DNA from: Auanema rhodensis | Lineage: Eukaryota; Animalia; Nematoda | Length of the DNA stretch: 64,000 nucleotides | Reading direction: 5' to 3' | Assembly (NCBI GenBank): GCA_964057225.1 | Contig: OZ059899.1 | Coordinates: 18,104,001 to 18,168,000, forward strand | In this document: positions 1 through 13,700 of the stretch, piece by piece | How the letters are laid out: each line of letters starts with the position of its first letter | Numbering within the stretch: the stretch's first letter is position 1 | Notes under the pieces: model-generated | What the model saw: the letters and a program-made list of their open reading frames with translations, nothing else | What the model was told of the DNA's origin: nothing | Databases searched by the model: none | Translations under genes and position numbers: made by a program

Positions 1-176
1 AAACAATTTTTTACTGATATTGGTGCATGGTAACCATGATTTTGAAATTTACGTGAACTTTAATTTATGCTAATTAAACGTACACGTGGTGTGCACTCGG
101 TATGTAACTCGCTTGACGTGAAAGATAAAGAGATGTGGTTCTCAAAATTAGATTCCCCATGTCCATATTAGTCTAA

Positions 177-352
177 AAACAAATTTTTATTGATATTGGT
201 GCATGGTAACCATGACTTTGAAATTTACGTGAACTTTAATTTATGCTAATTAAACGTACACGTGGTGTGCACTCGGTATGTAACTCGCTTCACGTGAAAG
301 ATAAAGAGATGCGGTTTTCAAAATTAGATTCCCCATGTCCATATTAGTCTAA
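177..352 (+). repeat. Representative near-consensus 176-bp monomer
   Basis: Carries the common allele at the recurrent variable sites. Contains CATGGTAACCATG, two CACGTG, GTGCAC and TTCACGTGAA dyads. Confidence 0.95.
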
Positions 353-3300
353 AAACAAATTTTTATTGATATTGGTGCATGGTAACCATGACTTTGAAAT
401 TTACGTGAACTTTAATTTATGCTAATTAAACGTACACGTGGTGTGCACTCGGTATGTAACTCGCTTCACGTGTAAGATAAAGAGATGCGGTTTTCAAAAT
501 TAGATTCCCCATGTCCATATTAGTCTAAAAACAAATTTTTATTGATATTGGTGCATGGTAACCATGATTTTGAAATTTACGTGAACTTTAATTTATGCTA
601 ATTAAACGTAGACGTGGTGTGCACTCGGTATGTAACTCGCTTCACGTGTAAGATAAAGAGATGCGGTTTTCAAAATTAGATTCCCCATGTCCATATTAGT
701 CTAAAAACAAATTTTTTTTTGATATTGGTGCATGGTAACCATGACTTTGAAATTTACGTGAACTTTAATTTATGCTAATTAAACGTACACGTGGTGTGCA
801 CTCGGTATGTAACTCGCTTCACGTGTAAGATAAAGAGATGCGGTTTTCAAAATTAGATTCCCCATGTCCATATTAGTCTAAAAACAAATTTTTATTGATA
901 TTGGTGCATGGTAACCATGATTTTGAAATTTACGTGAACTTTAATTCATGCTAATTAAATGTACACGTGGTGTGGACTCGGTATGTAACTCGCTTCACGT
1001 GAAAGATAAAGAGATGCAGTTATCAAAATTAGATTCCCCATGTCCATATTAGTCTAAAAACAATTTTTTACTGATATTGGTGCATGGTAACCATGATTTT
1101 GAAATTTACGTGAACTTTAATTTATGCTAATTAAACGTACACGTGATGTGCACTTGGTATGTAACTCGCTTCACGTGAAAGATAAAGAGATGCGGTTTTT
1201 AAAATTAGATTCCCCATGTCCATATTAGTCTAAAAACAATTTTTTACTGATATTGGTGCATGGTAACCATGACTTTGAAATTCACGTGAACTTTAATTTA
1301 TGCAAATTAAACGTACACGTGGTGTGCACTCGGTATGTAACTCGCTTCACGTGTAAGATAAAGAGATGCGGTTATCAAAATTAGATTCCCCATGTCCATA
1401 TTAGTCTAAAAACAAATTTTTATTGATATTGGTGCATGGTAACCATGATTTTGAAATTTACGTGAACTTTAATTCATGCTAATTAAATGTACACGTGGTG
1501 TGCACTCGGTATGTAACTCGCTTCACGTGAAAGATAAAGAGATGCAGTTATCAAAATTAGATTCCCCATGTCCATATTAGTCTAAAAACAATTTTTTACT
1601 GATATTGGTGCATGGTAACCATGATTTTGAAATTTACGTGAACTTTAATTTATGCTAATTAAACGTACACGTGGTGTGCACTCGGTATGTAACTCGCTTC
1701 ACGTGTAAGATAAAGAGATGCGGTTTTCAAAATTAGATTCCCCATGTCCATATTAGTCTAAAAACAAATTTTTATTGATATTGGTGCATGGTAACCATGA
1801 TTTTGAAATTTACGTGAACTTTAATTCATGCTAATTAAATGTACACGTGGTGTGGACTCGGTATGTAACTCGCTTCACGTGAAAGATAAAGAGATGCAGT
1901 TATCAAAATTAGATTCCCCATGTCCATATTAGTCTAAAAACAATTTTTTACTGATATTGGTGCATGGTAACCATGATTTTGAAATTTACGTGAACTTTAA
2001 TTTATGCTAATTAAATGTACACGTGGTGTGCACTCGGTATGTAACTCGCTTCACGTGAAAGATAAAGAGATGCAGTTATCAAAATTAGATTCCCCATGTC
2101 CATATTAGTCTAAAAACAATTTTTTACTGATATTGGTGCATGGTAACCATGATTTTGAAATTTACGTGAACTTTAATTTATGCTAATTAAACGTACACGT
2201 GGTGTGCACTCGGTATGTAACTCGCTTCACGTGTAAGATAAAGAGATGCGGTTTTCAAAATTAGATTCCCCATGTCCATATTAGTCTAAAAACAAATTTT
2301 TACTGATATTGGTGCATGGTAACCATGATTTTGAAATTTACGTGAACTTTAATTTATGCTAATTAAACGTACACGTGATGTGCACTTGGTATGTAACTCG
2401 CTTCACGTGAAAGATAAAGAGATGCGGTTTTTAAAATTAGATTCCCCATGTCCATATTAGTCTAAAAACAATTTTTTACTGATATTGGTGCATGGTAACC
2501 ATGATTTTGAAATTTACGTGAACTTTAATTTATGCTAATTAAACGTACACGTGGTGTGCACTCGGTATGTAACTCGCTTCACGTGTAAGATAAAGAGATG
2601 CGGTTTTCAAAATTAGATTCCCCATGTCCATATTAGTCTAAAAACAAATTTTTATTGATATTGGTGCATGGTAACCATGACTTTGAAATTTACGTGAACT
2701 TTAATTTATGCTAATTAAACGTACACGTGGTGTGCAATCGGTATGTAACTCGCTTCACGTGTAAGATAAAGAGATGCGGTTTTCAAAATTAGATTCCCCA
2801 TGTCCATATTAGTCTAAAAACAAATTTTTATTGATATTGGTGCATGGTAACCATGATTTTGAAATTTACGTGAACTTTAATTTATGCTAATTAAACGTAG
2901 ACGTGGTGTGCACTCGGTATGTAACTCGCTTCACGTGTAAGATAAAGAGATGCGGTTTTCAAAATTAGATTCCCCATGTCCATATTAGTCTAAAAACAAA
3001 TTTTTTTTTGATATTGGTGCATGGTAACCATGACTTTGAAATTTACGTGAACTTTAATTTATGCTAATTAAACGTACACGTGGTGTGCACTCGGTATGTA
3101 ACTCGCTTCACGTGTAAGATAAAGAGATGCGGTTTTCAAAATTAGATTCCCCATGTCCATATTAGTCTAAAAACAAATTTTTATTGATATTGGTGCATGG
3201 TAACCATGATTTTGAAATTTACGTGAACTTTAATTCATGCTAATTAAATGTACACGTGGTGTGGACTCGGTATGTAACTCGCTTCACGTGAAAGATAAAG

Positions 3301-3479
3301 AGATGCAGTTATCAAAATTAGATTCCCCATGTCCATATTAGTCTAAAAACAATTTTTTACTGATATTGGTGCATGGTAACCATGATTTTGAAATTTACGT
3401 GAACTTTAATTTATGCTAATTAAACGTACACGTGATGTGCACTTGGTATGTAACTCGCTTCACGTGAAAGATAAAGAGA

Positions 3480-6400
3480 TGCGGTTTTTAAAATTAGATT
3501 CCCCATGTCCATATTAGTCTAAAAACAATTTTTTACTGATATTGGTGCATGGTAACCATGACTTTGAAATTCACGTGAACTTTAATTTATGCTAATTAAA
3601 CGTACACGTGGTGTGCACTCGGTATGTAACTCGCTTCACGTGTAAGATAAAGAGATGCGGTTTTCAAAATTAGATTCCCCATGTCCATATTAGTCTAAAA
3701 ACAAATTTTTATTGATATTGGTGCATGGTAACCATGACTTTGAAATTTACGTGAACTTTAATTTATGCTAATTAAACGTACACGTGGTGTGCACTCGGTA
3801 TGTAACTCGCTTCACGTGTAAGATAAAGAGATGCGGTTTTCAAAATTAGATTCCCCATGTCCATATTAGTCTAAAAACAAATTTTTATTGATATTGGTGC
3901 ATGGTAACCATGACTTTGAAATTTACGTGAACTTTAATTTATGCTAATTAAACGTACACGTGGTGTGCACTCGGTATGTAACTCGCTTCACGTGTAAGAT
4001 AAAGAGATGCGGTTTTCAAAATTAGATTCCCCATGTCCATATTAGTCTAAAAACAAATTTTTATTGATATTCGTGCATGGTAACCATGACTTTGAAATTT
4101 ACGTGAACTTTAATTTATGCTAATTAAACGTACACGTGGTGTGCACTCGGTATGTAACTCGCTTCACGTGTAAGATAAAGAGATGCGGTTTTCGAAATTA
4201 GATTCCCCATGTCCATATTAGTCTAAAAACAAATTTTTATTGATATTGGTGCATGGTAACCATGATTTTGAAATTTACGTGAACTTTAATTCATGCTAAT
4301 TAAATGTACACGTGGTGTGCACTCGGTATGTAACTCGCTTCACGTGAAAGATAAAGAGATGCAGTTATCAAAATTAGATTCCCCATGTCCATATTAGTCT
4401 AAAAACAATTTTTTACTGATATTGGTGCATGGTAACCATGATTTTGAAATTTACGTGAACTTTAATTTATGCTAATTAAACGTACACGTGATGTGCACTT
4501 GGTATGTAACTCGCTTCACGTGAAAGATAAAGAGATGCGGTTTTTAAAATTAGATTCCCCATGTCCATATTAGTCTAAAAACAATTTTTTACTGATATTG
4601 GTGCATGGTAACCATGATTTTGAAATTTACGTGAACTTTAATTTATGCTAATTAAACGTACACGTGGTGTGCACTCGGTATGTAACTCGCTTCACGTGAA
4701 AGATAAAGAGATGCGGTTCTCAAAATTAGATTCCCCATGTCCATATTAGTCTAAAAACAAATTTTTATTGATATTGGTGCATGGTAACCATGACTTTGAA
4801 ATTTACGTGAACTTTAATTTATGCTAATTAAACGTACACGTGGTGTGCACTCGGTATGTAACTCGCTTCACGTGAAAGATAAAGAGATGCGGTTTTCAAA
4901 ATTAGATTCCCCATGTCCATATTAGTCTAAAAACAAATTTTTATTGATATTGGTGCATGGTAACCATGACTTTGAAATTTACGTGAACTTTAATTTATGC
5001 TAATTAAACGTACACGTGGTGTGCACTCGGTATGTAACTCGCTTCACGTGTAAGATAAAGAGATGCGGTTTTCAAAATTAGATTCCCCATGTCCATATTA
5101 GTCTAAAAACAAATTGTTATTGATATTGGTGCATGGTAACCATGATTTTGAAATTTACGTGAACTTTAATTTATGCTAATTAAACGTAGACGTGGTGTGC
5201 ACTCGGTATGTAACTCGCTTCACGTGTAAGATAAAGAGATGCGGTTTTCAAAATTAGATTCCCCATGTCCATATTAGTCTAAAAACAATATTTTTTTTGA
5301 TATTGGTGCATGGTAACCATGACTTTGAAATTTACGTGAACTTTAATTTATGCTAATTAAACGTACACGTGGTGTGCACTCGGTATGTAACTCGCTTCAC
5401 GTGTAAGATAAAGAGATGCGGTTTTCAAAATTAGATTCCCCATGTCCATATTAGTCTAAAAACAAATTTTTATTGATATTGGTGCATGGTAACCATGATT
5501 TTGAAATTTACGTGAACTTTAATTCATGCTAATTAAATGTACACGTGGTGTGGACTCGGTATGTAACTCGCTTCACGTGAAAGATAAAGAGATGCAGTTA
5601 TCAAAATTAGATTCCCCATGTCCATATTAGTCTAAAAACAATTTTTTACTGATATTGGTGCATGGTAACCATGATTTTGAAATTTACGTGAACTTTAATT
5701 TATGCTAATTAAACGTACACGTGATGTGCACTTGGTATGTAACTCGCTTCACGTGAAAGATAAAGAGATGCGGTTTTTAAAATTAGATTCCCCATGTCCA
5801 TATTAGTCTAAAAACAAATTTTTATTGATATTGGTGCATGGTAACCATGATTTTGAAATTTACGTGAACTTTAATTCATGCTAATTAAATGTACACGTGG
5901 TGTGCACTCGGTATGTAACTCGCTTCACGTGAAAGATAAAGAGATGCAGTTATCAAAATTAGATTCCCCATGTCCATATTAGTCTAAAAACAATTTTTTA
6001 CTGATATTGGTGCATGGTAACCATGATTTTGAAATTTACGTGAACTTTAATTTATGCTAATTAAACGTACACGTGGTGTGCACTCGGTATGTAACTCGCT
6101 TCACGTGTAAGATAAAGAGATGCGGTTTTCAAAATTAGATTCCCCATGTCCATATTAGTCTAAAAACAAATTTTTATTGATATTGGTGCATGGTAACCAT
6201 GACTTTGAAATTTACGTGAACTTTAATTTATGCTAATTAAACGTACACGTGGTGTGCACTCGGTATGTAACTCGCTTCACGTGTAAGATAAAGAGATGCG
6301 GTTTTCGAAATTAGATTCCCCATGTCCATATTAGTCTAAAAACAAATTTTTATTGATATTGGTGCATGGTAACCATGATTTTGAAATTTACGTGAACTTT

Positions 6401-6514
6401 AATTCATGCTAATTAAATGTACACGTGGTGTGCACTCGGTATGTAACTCGCTTCACGTGAAAGATAAAGAGATGCAGTTATCAAAATTAGATTCCCCATG
6501 TCCATATTAGTCTA
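3480..6514 (+). repeat. Multi-monomer duplication A, copy 1 (about 17 monomers; partner 4226 bp downstream)
   Basis: Rare variants recur at an exact offset of 4226 (24x176+2): AATTCACG 3572/7798, ATTCGTGC 4072/8298, AATTGTTA 5116/9342, CAATATTT 5289/9515. Boundaries approximate. Confidence 0.9.
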
Positions 6515-7705
6515 AAAACAATTTTTTACTGATATTGGTGCATGGTAACCATGATTTTGAAATTTACGTGAACTTTAATTTATGCTAATTAAACGTACAC
6601 GTGATGTGCACTTGGTATGTAACTCGCTTCACGTGAAAGATAAAGAGATGCGGTTTTTAAAATTAGATTCCCCATGTCCATATTAGTCTAAAAACAATTT
6701 TTTACTGATATTGGTGCATGGTAACCATGATTTTGAAATTTACGTGAACTTTAATTTATGCTAATTAAACGTACACGTGGTGTGCACTCGGTATGTAACT
6801 CGCTTCACGTGAAAGATAAAGAGATTCGGTTCTCAAAATTAGATTCCCCATGTCCATATTAGTCTAAAAACAAATTTTTATTGATATTGGTGCATGGTAA
6901 CCATGACTTTGAAATTTACGTGAACTTTAATTTATGCTAATTAAACGTACACGTGGTGTGCACTCGGTATGTAACTCGCTTCACGTGAAAGATAAAGAGA
7001 TGCGGTTTTCAAAATTAGATTCCCCATGTCCATATTAGTCTAAAAACAAATTTTTATTGATATTGGTGCATGGTAACCATGACTTTGAAATTTACGTGAA
7101 CTTTAATTTATGCTAATTAAACGTACACGTGGTGTGCACTCGGTATGTAACTCGCTTCACGTGTAAGATAAAGAGATGCGGTTTTCAAAATTAGATTCCC
7201 CATGTCCATATTAGTCTAAAAACAAATTTTTATTGATATTGGTGCATGGTAACCATGATTTTGAAATTTACGTGAACTTTAATTTATGCTAATTAAACGT
7301 AGACGTGGTGTGCACTCGGTATGTAACTCGCTTCACGTGTAAGATAAAGAGATGCGGTTTTCAAAATTAGATTCCCCATGTCCATATTAGTCTAAAAACA
7401 AATTTTTTTTTGATATTGGTGCATGGTAACCATGACTTTGAAATTTACGTGAACTTTAATTTATGCTAATTAAATGTACACGTGGTGTGGACTCGGTATG
7501 TAACTCGCTTCACGTGAAAGATAAAGAGATGCAGTTATCAAAATTAGATTCCCCATGTCCATATTAGTCTAAAAACAAATTTTTATTGATATTGGTGCAT
7601 GGTAACCATGATTTTGAAATTCACGTGAACTTTAATTTATGCTAATTAAACGTACACGTGGTGTGCACTCGGTATGTAACTCGCTTCACGTGAAAGATAA
7701 AGAGA

Positions 7706-10700
7706 TGCGGTTTTTAAAATTAGATTCCCCATGTCCATATTAGTCTAAAAACAATTTTTTACTGATATTGGTGCATGGTAACCATGACTTTGAAATTCAC
7801 GTGAACTTTAATTTATGCTAATTAAACGTACACGTGGTGTGCACTCGGTATGTAACTCGCTTCACGTGTAAGATAAAGAGATGCGGTTTTCAAAATTAGA
7901 TTCCCCATGTCCATATTAGTCTAAAAACAAATTTTTATTGATATTGGTGCATGGTAACCATGACTTTGAAATTTACGTGAACTTTAATTTATGCTAATTA
8001 AACGTACACGTGGTGTGCACTCGGTATGTAACTCGCTTCACGTGTAAGATAAAGAGATGCGGTTTTCAAAATTAGATTCCCCATGTCCATATTAGTCTAA
8101 AAACAAATTTTTATTGATATTGGTGCATGGTAACCATGACTTTGAAATTTACGTGAACTTTAATTTATGCTAATTAAACGTACACGTGGTGTGCACTCGG
8201 TATGTAACTCGCTTCACGTGTAAGATAAAGAGATGCGGTTTTCAAAATTAGATTCCCCATGTCCATATTAGTCTAAAAACAAATTTTTATTGATATTCGT
8301 GCATGGTAACCATGACTTTGAAATTTACGTGAACTTTAATTTATGCTAATTAAACGTACACGTGGTGTGCACTCGGTATGTAACTCGCTTCACGTGTAAG
8401 ATAAAGAGATGCGGTTTTCGAAATTAGATTCCCCATGTCCATATTAGTCTAAAAACAAATTTTTATTGATATTGGTGCATGGTAACCATGATTTTGAAAT
8501 TTACGTGAACTTTAATTCATGCTAATTAAATGTACACGTGGTGTGCACTCGGTATGTAACTCGCTTCACGTGAAAGATAAAGAGATGCAGTTATCAAAAT
8601 TAGATTCCCCATGTCCATATTAGTCTAAAAACAATTTTTTACTGATATTGGTGCATGGTAACCATGATTTTGAAATTTACGTGAACTTTAATTTATGCTA
8701 ATTAAACGTACACGTGATGTGCACTTGGTATGTAACTCGCTTCACGTGAAAGATAAAGAGATGCGGTTTTTAAAATTAGATTCCCCATGTCCATATTAGT
8801 CTAAAAACAATTTTTTACTGATATTGGTGCATGGTAACCATGATTTTGAAATTTACGTGAACTTTAATTTATGCTAATTAAACGTACACGTGGTGTGCAC
8901 TCGGTATGTAACTCGCTTCACGTGAAAGATAAAGAGATGCGGTTCTCAAAATTAGATTCCCCATGTCCATATTAGTCTAAAAACAAATTTTTATTGATAT
9001 TGGTGCATGGTAACCATGACTTTGAAATTTACGTGAACTTTAATTTATGCTAATTAAACGTACACGTGGTGTGCACTCGGTATGTAACTCGCTTCACGTG
9101 AAAGATAAAGAGATGCGGTTTTCAAAATTAGATTCCCCATGTCCATATTAGTCTAAAAACAAATTTTTATTGATATTGGTGCATGGTAACCATGACTTTG
9201 AAATTTACGTGAACTTTAATTTATGCTAATTAAACGTACACGTGGTGTGCACTCGGTATGTAACTCGCTTCACGTGTAAGATAAAGAGATGCGGTTTTCA
9301 AAATTAGATTCCCCATGTCCATATTAGTCTAAAAACAAATTGTTATTGATATTGGTGCATGGTAACCATGATTTTGAAATTTACGTGAACTTTAATTTAT
9401 GCTAATTAAACGTAGACGTGGTGTGCACTCGGTATGTAACTCGCTTCACGTGTAAGATAAAGAGATGCGGTTTTCAAAATTAGATTCCCCATGTCCATAT
9501 TAGTCTAAAAACAATATTTTTTTTGATATTGGTGCATGGTAACCATGACTTTGAAATTTACGTGAACTTTAATTTATGCTAATTAAACGTACACGTGGTG
9601 TGCACTCGGTATGTAACTCGCTTCACGTGTAAGATAAAGAGATGCGGTTTTCAAAATTAGATTCCCCATGTCCATATTAGTCTAAAAACAAATTTTTATT
9701 GATATTGGTGCATGGTAACCATGATTTTGAAATTTACGTGAACTTTAATTCATGCTAATTAAATGTACACGTGGTGTGGACTCGGTATGTAACTCGCTTC
9801 ACGTGAAAGATAAAGAGATGCAGTTATCAAAATTAGATTCCCCATGTCCATATTAGTCTAAAAACAATTTTTTACTGATATTGGTGCATGGTAACCATGA
9901 TTTTGAAATTTACGTGAACTTTAATTTATGCTAATTAAACGTACACGTGATGTGCACTTGGTATGTAACTCGCTTCACGTGAAAGATAAAGAGATGCGGT
10001 TTTTAAAATTAGATTCCCCATGTCCATATTAGTCTAAAAACAAATTTTTATTGATATTGGTGCATGGTAACCATGATTTTGAAATTTACGTGAACTTTAA
10101 TTCATGCTAATTAAATGTACACGTGGTGTGCACTCGGTATGTAACTCGCTTCACGTGAAAGATAAAGAGATGCAGTTATCAAAATTAGATTCCCCATGTC
10201 CATATTAGTCTAAAAACAATTTTTTACTGATATTGGTGCATGGTAACCATGATTTTGAAATTTACGTGAACTTTAATTTATGCTAATTAAACGTACACGT
10301 GGTGTGCACTCGGTATGTAACTCGCTTCACGTGTAAGATAAAGAGATGCGGTTTTCAAAATTAGATTCCCCATGTCCATATTAGTCTAAAAACAAATTTT
10401 TATTGATATTGGTGCATGGTAACCATGACTTTGAAATTTACGTGAACTTTAATTTATGCTAATTAAACGTACACGTGGTGTGCACTCGGTATGTAACTCG
10501 CTTCACGTGTAAGATAAAGAGATGCGGTTTTCGAAATTAGATTCCCCATGTCCATATTAGTCTAAAAACAAATTTTTATTGATATTGGTGCATGGTAACC
10601 ATGATTTTGAAATTTACGTGAACTTTAATTCATGCTAATTAAATGTACACGTGGTGTGCACTCGGTATGTAACTCGCTTCACGTGAAAGATAAAGAGATG

Positions 10701-10740
10701 CAGTTATCAAAATTAGATTCCCCATGTCCATATTAGTCTA
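7706..10740 (+). repeat. Multi-monomer duplication A, copy 2
   Basis: Same ordered variants as 3480-6514. The match ends at the TCTAGAAAC variant at 10741. Confidence 0.9.
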
Positions 10741-13700
10741 GAAACAAATTTTTATTGATATTGGTGCATGGTAACCATGACTTTGAAATTTACGTGAACT
10801 TTAATTTATGCTAATTAAACGTACACGTGGTGTGCACTCGGTATGTAACTCGCTTCACGTGTAAGATAAAGAGATGCGGTTTTCAAAATTAGATTCCCCA
10901 TGTCCATATTAGTCTAAAAACAAATTTTTATTGATATTGGTGCATGGTAACCATGACTTTGAAATTTACGTGAACTTTAATTTATGCTAATTAAACGTAC
11001 ACGTGGTGTGCACTCGGTATGTAACTCGCTTCACGTGTAAGATAAAGAGATGCGGTTTTCGAAATTAGATTCCCCATGTCCATATTAGTCTAAAAACAAA
11101 TTTTTATTGATATTGGTGCATGGTAACCATGATTTTGAAATTTACGTGAACTTTAATTCATGCTAATTAAATGTACACGTGGTGTGCACTCGGTATGTAA
11201 CTCGCTTCACGTGAAAGATAAAGAGATGCAGTTATCAAAATTAGATTCCCCATGTCCATATTAGTCTAAAAACAATTTTTTACTGATATTGGTGCATGGT
11301 AACCATGATTTTGAAATTTACGTGAACTTTAATTTATGCTAATTAAACGTACACGTGATGTGCACTTGGTATGTAACTCGCTTCACGTGAAAGATAAAGA
11401 GATGCGGTTTTTAAAATTAGATTCCCCATGTCCATATTAGTCTAAAAACAATTTTTTACTGATATTGGTGCATGGTAACCATGATTTTGAAATTTACGTG
11501 AACTTTAATTTATGCTAATTAAACGTACACGTGGTGTGCACTCGGTATGTAACTCGCTTCACGTGAAAGATAAAGAGATGCGGTTCTCAAAATTAGATTC
11601 CCCATGTCCATATTAGTCTAAAAACAAATTTTTATTGATATTGGTGCATGGTAACCATGACTTTGAAATTTACGTGAACTTTAATTTATGCTAATTAAAC
11701 GTACACGTGGTGTGCACTCGGTATGTAACTCGCTTCACGTGAAAGATAAAGAGATGCGGTTTTCAAAATTAGATTCCCCATGTCCATATTAGTCTAAAAA
11801 CAAATTTTTATTGATATTGGTGCATGGTAACCATGACTTTGAAATTTACGTGAACTTTAATTTATGCTAATTAAACGTACACGTGGTGTGCACTTGGTAT
11901 GTAACTCGCTTCACGTGAAAGATAAAGAGATGCGGTTTTCAAAATTAGATTCCCCATGTCCATATTAGTCTAAAAACAAATTTTTATTGATATTGGTGCA
12001 TGGTAACCATGACTTTGAAATTTACGTGAACTTTAATTTATGCTAATTAAACGTACACGTGGTGTGCACTCGGTATGTAACTCGCTTCACGTGAAAGATA
12101 AAGAGATGCGGTTTTCAAAATTAGATTCCCCATGTCCATATTAGTCTAAAAACAAATTTTTATTGATATTGGTGCATGGTAACCATGACTTTGAAATTTA
12201 CGTGAACTTTAATTTATGCTAATTAAACGTACACGTGGTGTGCACTCGGTATGTAACTCGCTTCACGTGTAAGATAAAGAGATGCGGTTTTCAAAATTAG
12301 ATTCCCCATGTCCATATTAGTCTAAAAACAAATTTTTATTGATATTGGTGCATGGTAACCATGATTTTGAAATTTACGTGAACTTTAATTTATGCTAATT
12401 AAACGTAGACGTGGTGTGCACTCGGTATGTAACTCGCTTCACGTGTAAGATAAAGAGATGCGGTTTTCAAAATTAGATTCCCCATGTCCATATTAGTCTA
12501 AAAACAAATTTTTTTTTGATATTGGTGCATGGTAACCATGACTTTGAAATTTACGTGAACTTTAATTTATGCTAATTAAACGTACACGTGGTGTGCACTC
12601 GGTATGTAACTCGCTTCACGTGTAAGATAAAGAGATGCGGTTTTCAAAATTAGATTCCCCATGTCCATATTAGTCTAAAAACAAATTTTTATTGATATTG
12701 GTGCATGGTAACCATGATTTTGAAATTTACGTGAACTTTAATTCATGCTAATTAAATGTACACGTGGTGTGGACTCGGTATGTAACTCGCTTCACGTGAA
12801 AGATAAAGAGATGCAGTTATCAAAATTAGATTCCCCATGTCCATATTAGTCTAAAAACAATTTTTTACTGATATTGGTGCATGGTAACCATGATTTTGAA
12901 ATTTACGTGAACTTTAATTTATGCTAATTAAACGTACACGTGATGTGCACTTGGTATGTAACTCGCTTCACGTGAAAGATAAAGAGATGCGGTTTTTAAA
13001 ATTAGATTCCCCATGTCCATATTAGTCTAAAAACAATTTTTTACTGATATTGGTGCATGGTAACCATGACTTTGAAATTTACGTGAACTTTAATTTATGC
13101 TAATTAAACGTACACGTGGTGTGCACTCGGTATGTAACTCGCTTCACGTGTAAGATAAAGAGATGCGGTTTTCGAAATTAGATTCCCCATGTCCATATTA
13201 GTCTAAAAACAAATTTTTATTGATATTGGTGCATGGTAACCATGATTTTGAAATTTACGTGAACTTTAATTCATGCTAATTAAATGTACACGTGGTGTGC
13301 ACTCGGTATGTAACTCGCTTCACGTGAAAGATAAAGAGATGCAGTTATCAAAATTAGATTCCCCATGTCCATATTAGTCTAGAAACAAATTTTTATTGAT
13401 ATTGGTGCATGGTAACCATGACTTTGAAATTTACGTGAACTTTAATTTATGCTAATTAAACGTACACGTGGTGTGCACTCGGTATGTAACTCGCTTCACG
13501 TGTAAGATAAAGAGATGCGGTTTTCAAAATTAGATTCCCCATGTCCATATTAGTCTAAAAACAAATTTTTATTGATATTGGTGCATGGTAACCATGACTT
13601 TGAAATTTACGTGAACTTTAATTTATGCTAATTAAACGTACACGTGGTGTGCACTCGGTATGTAACTCGCTTCACGTGTAAGATAAAGAGATGCGGTTTT

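Noticed and set aside
1-176. Assignment to known satellites of similar length (Brassica CentBr 176 bp, Arabidopsis CEN178, honeybee AluI 176 bp, alpha satellite)
   Set aside because: Only the length is similar. I recognise no sequence similarity, and the consensus lacks AAGCTT and AGCT sites. A database search is needed.
140-215. Origin of the monomer from a MITE or Helitron internal segment
   Set aside because: Plausible in general for satellites, but no terminal inverted repeats, target-site duplications or flanks are visible here.
270-320. CENP-B box
   Set aside because: I could not find the NTTCGNNNNANNCGGGN core on either strand.
1-352. Tandem 5S rRNA, tRNA or snRNA gene array
   Set aside because: No recognisable 5S or tRNA sequence, cloverleaf, or Pol III A/B/C boxes, and the unit is AT-rich throughout.
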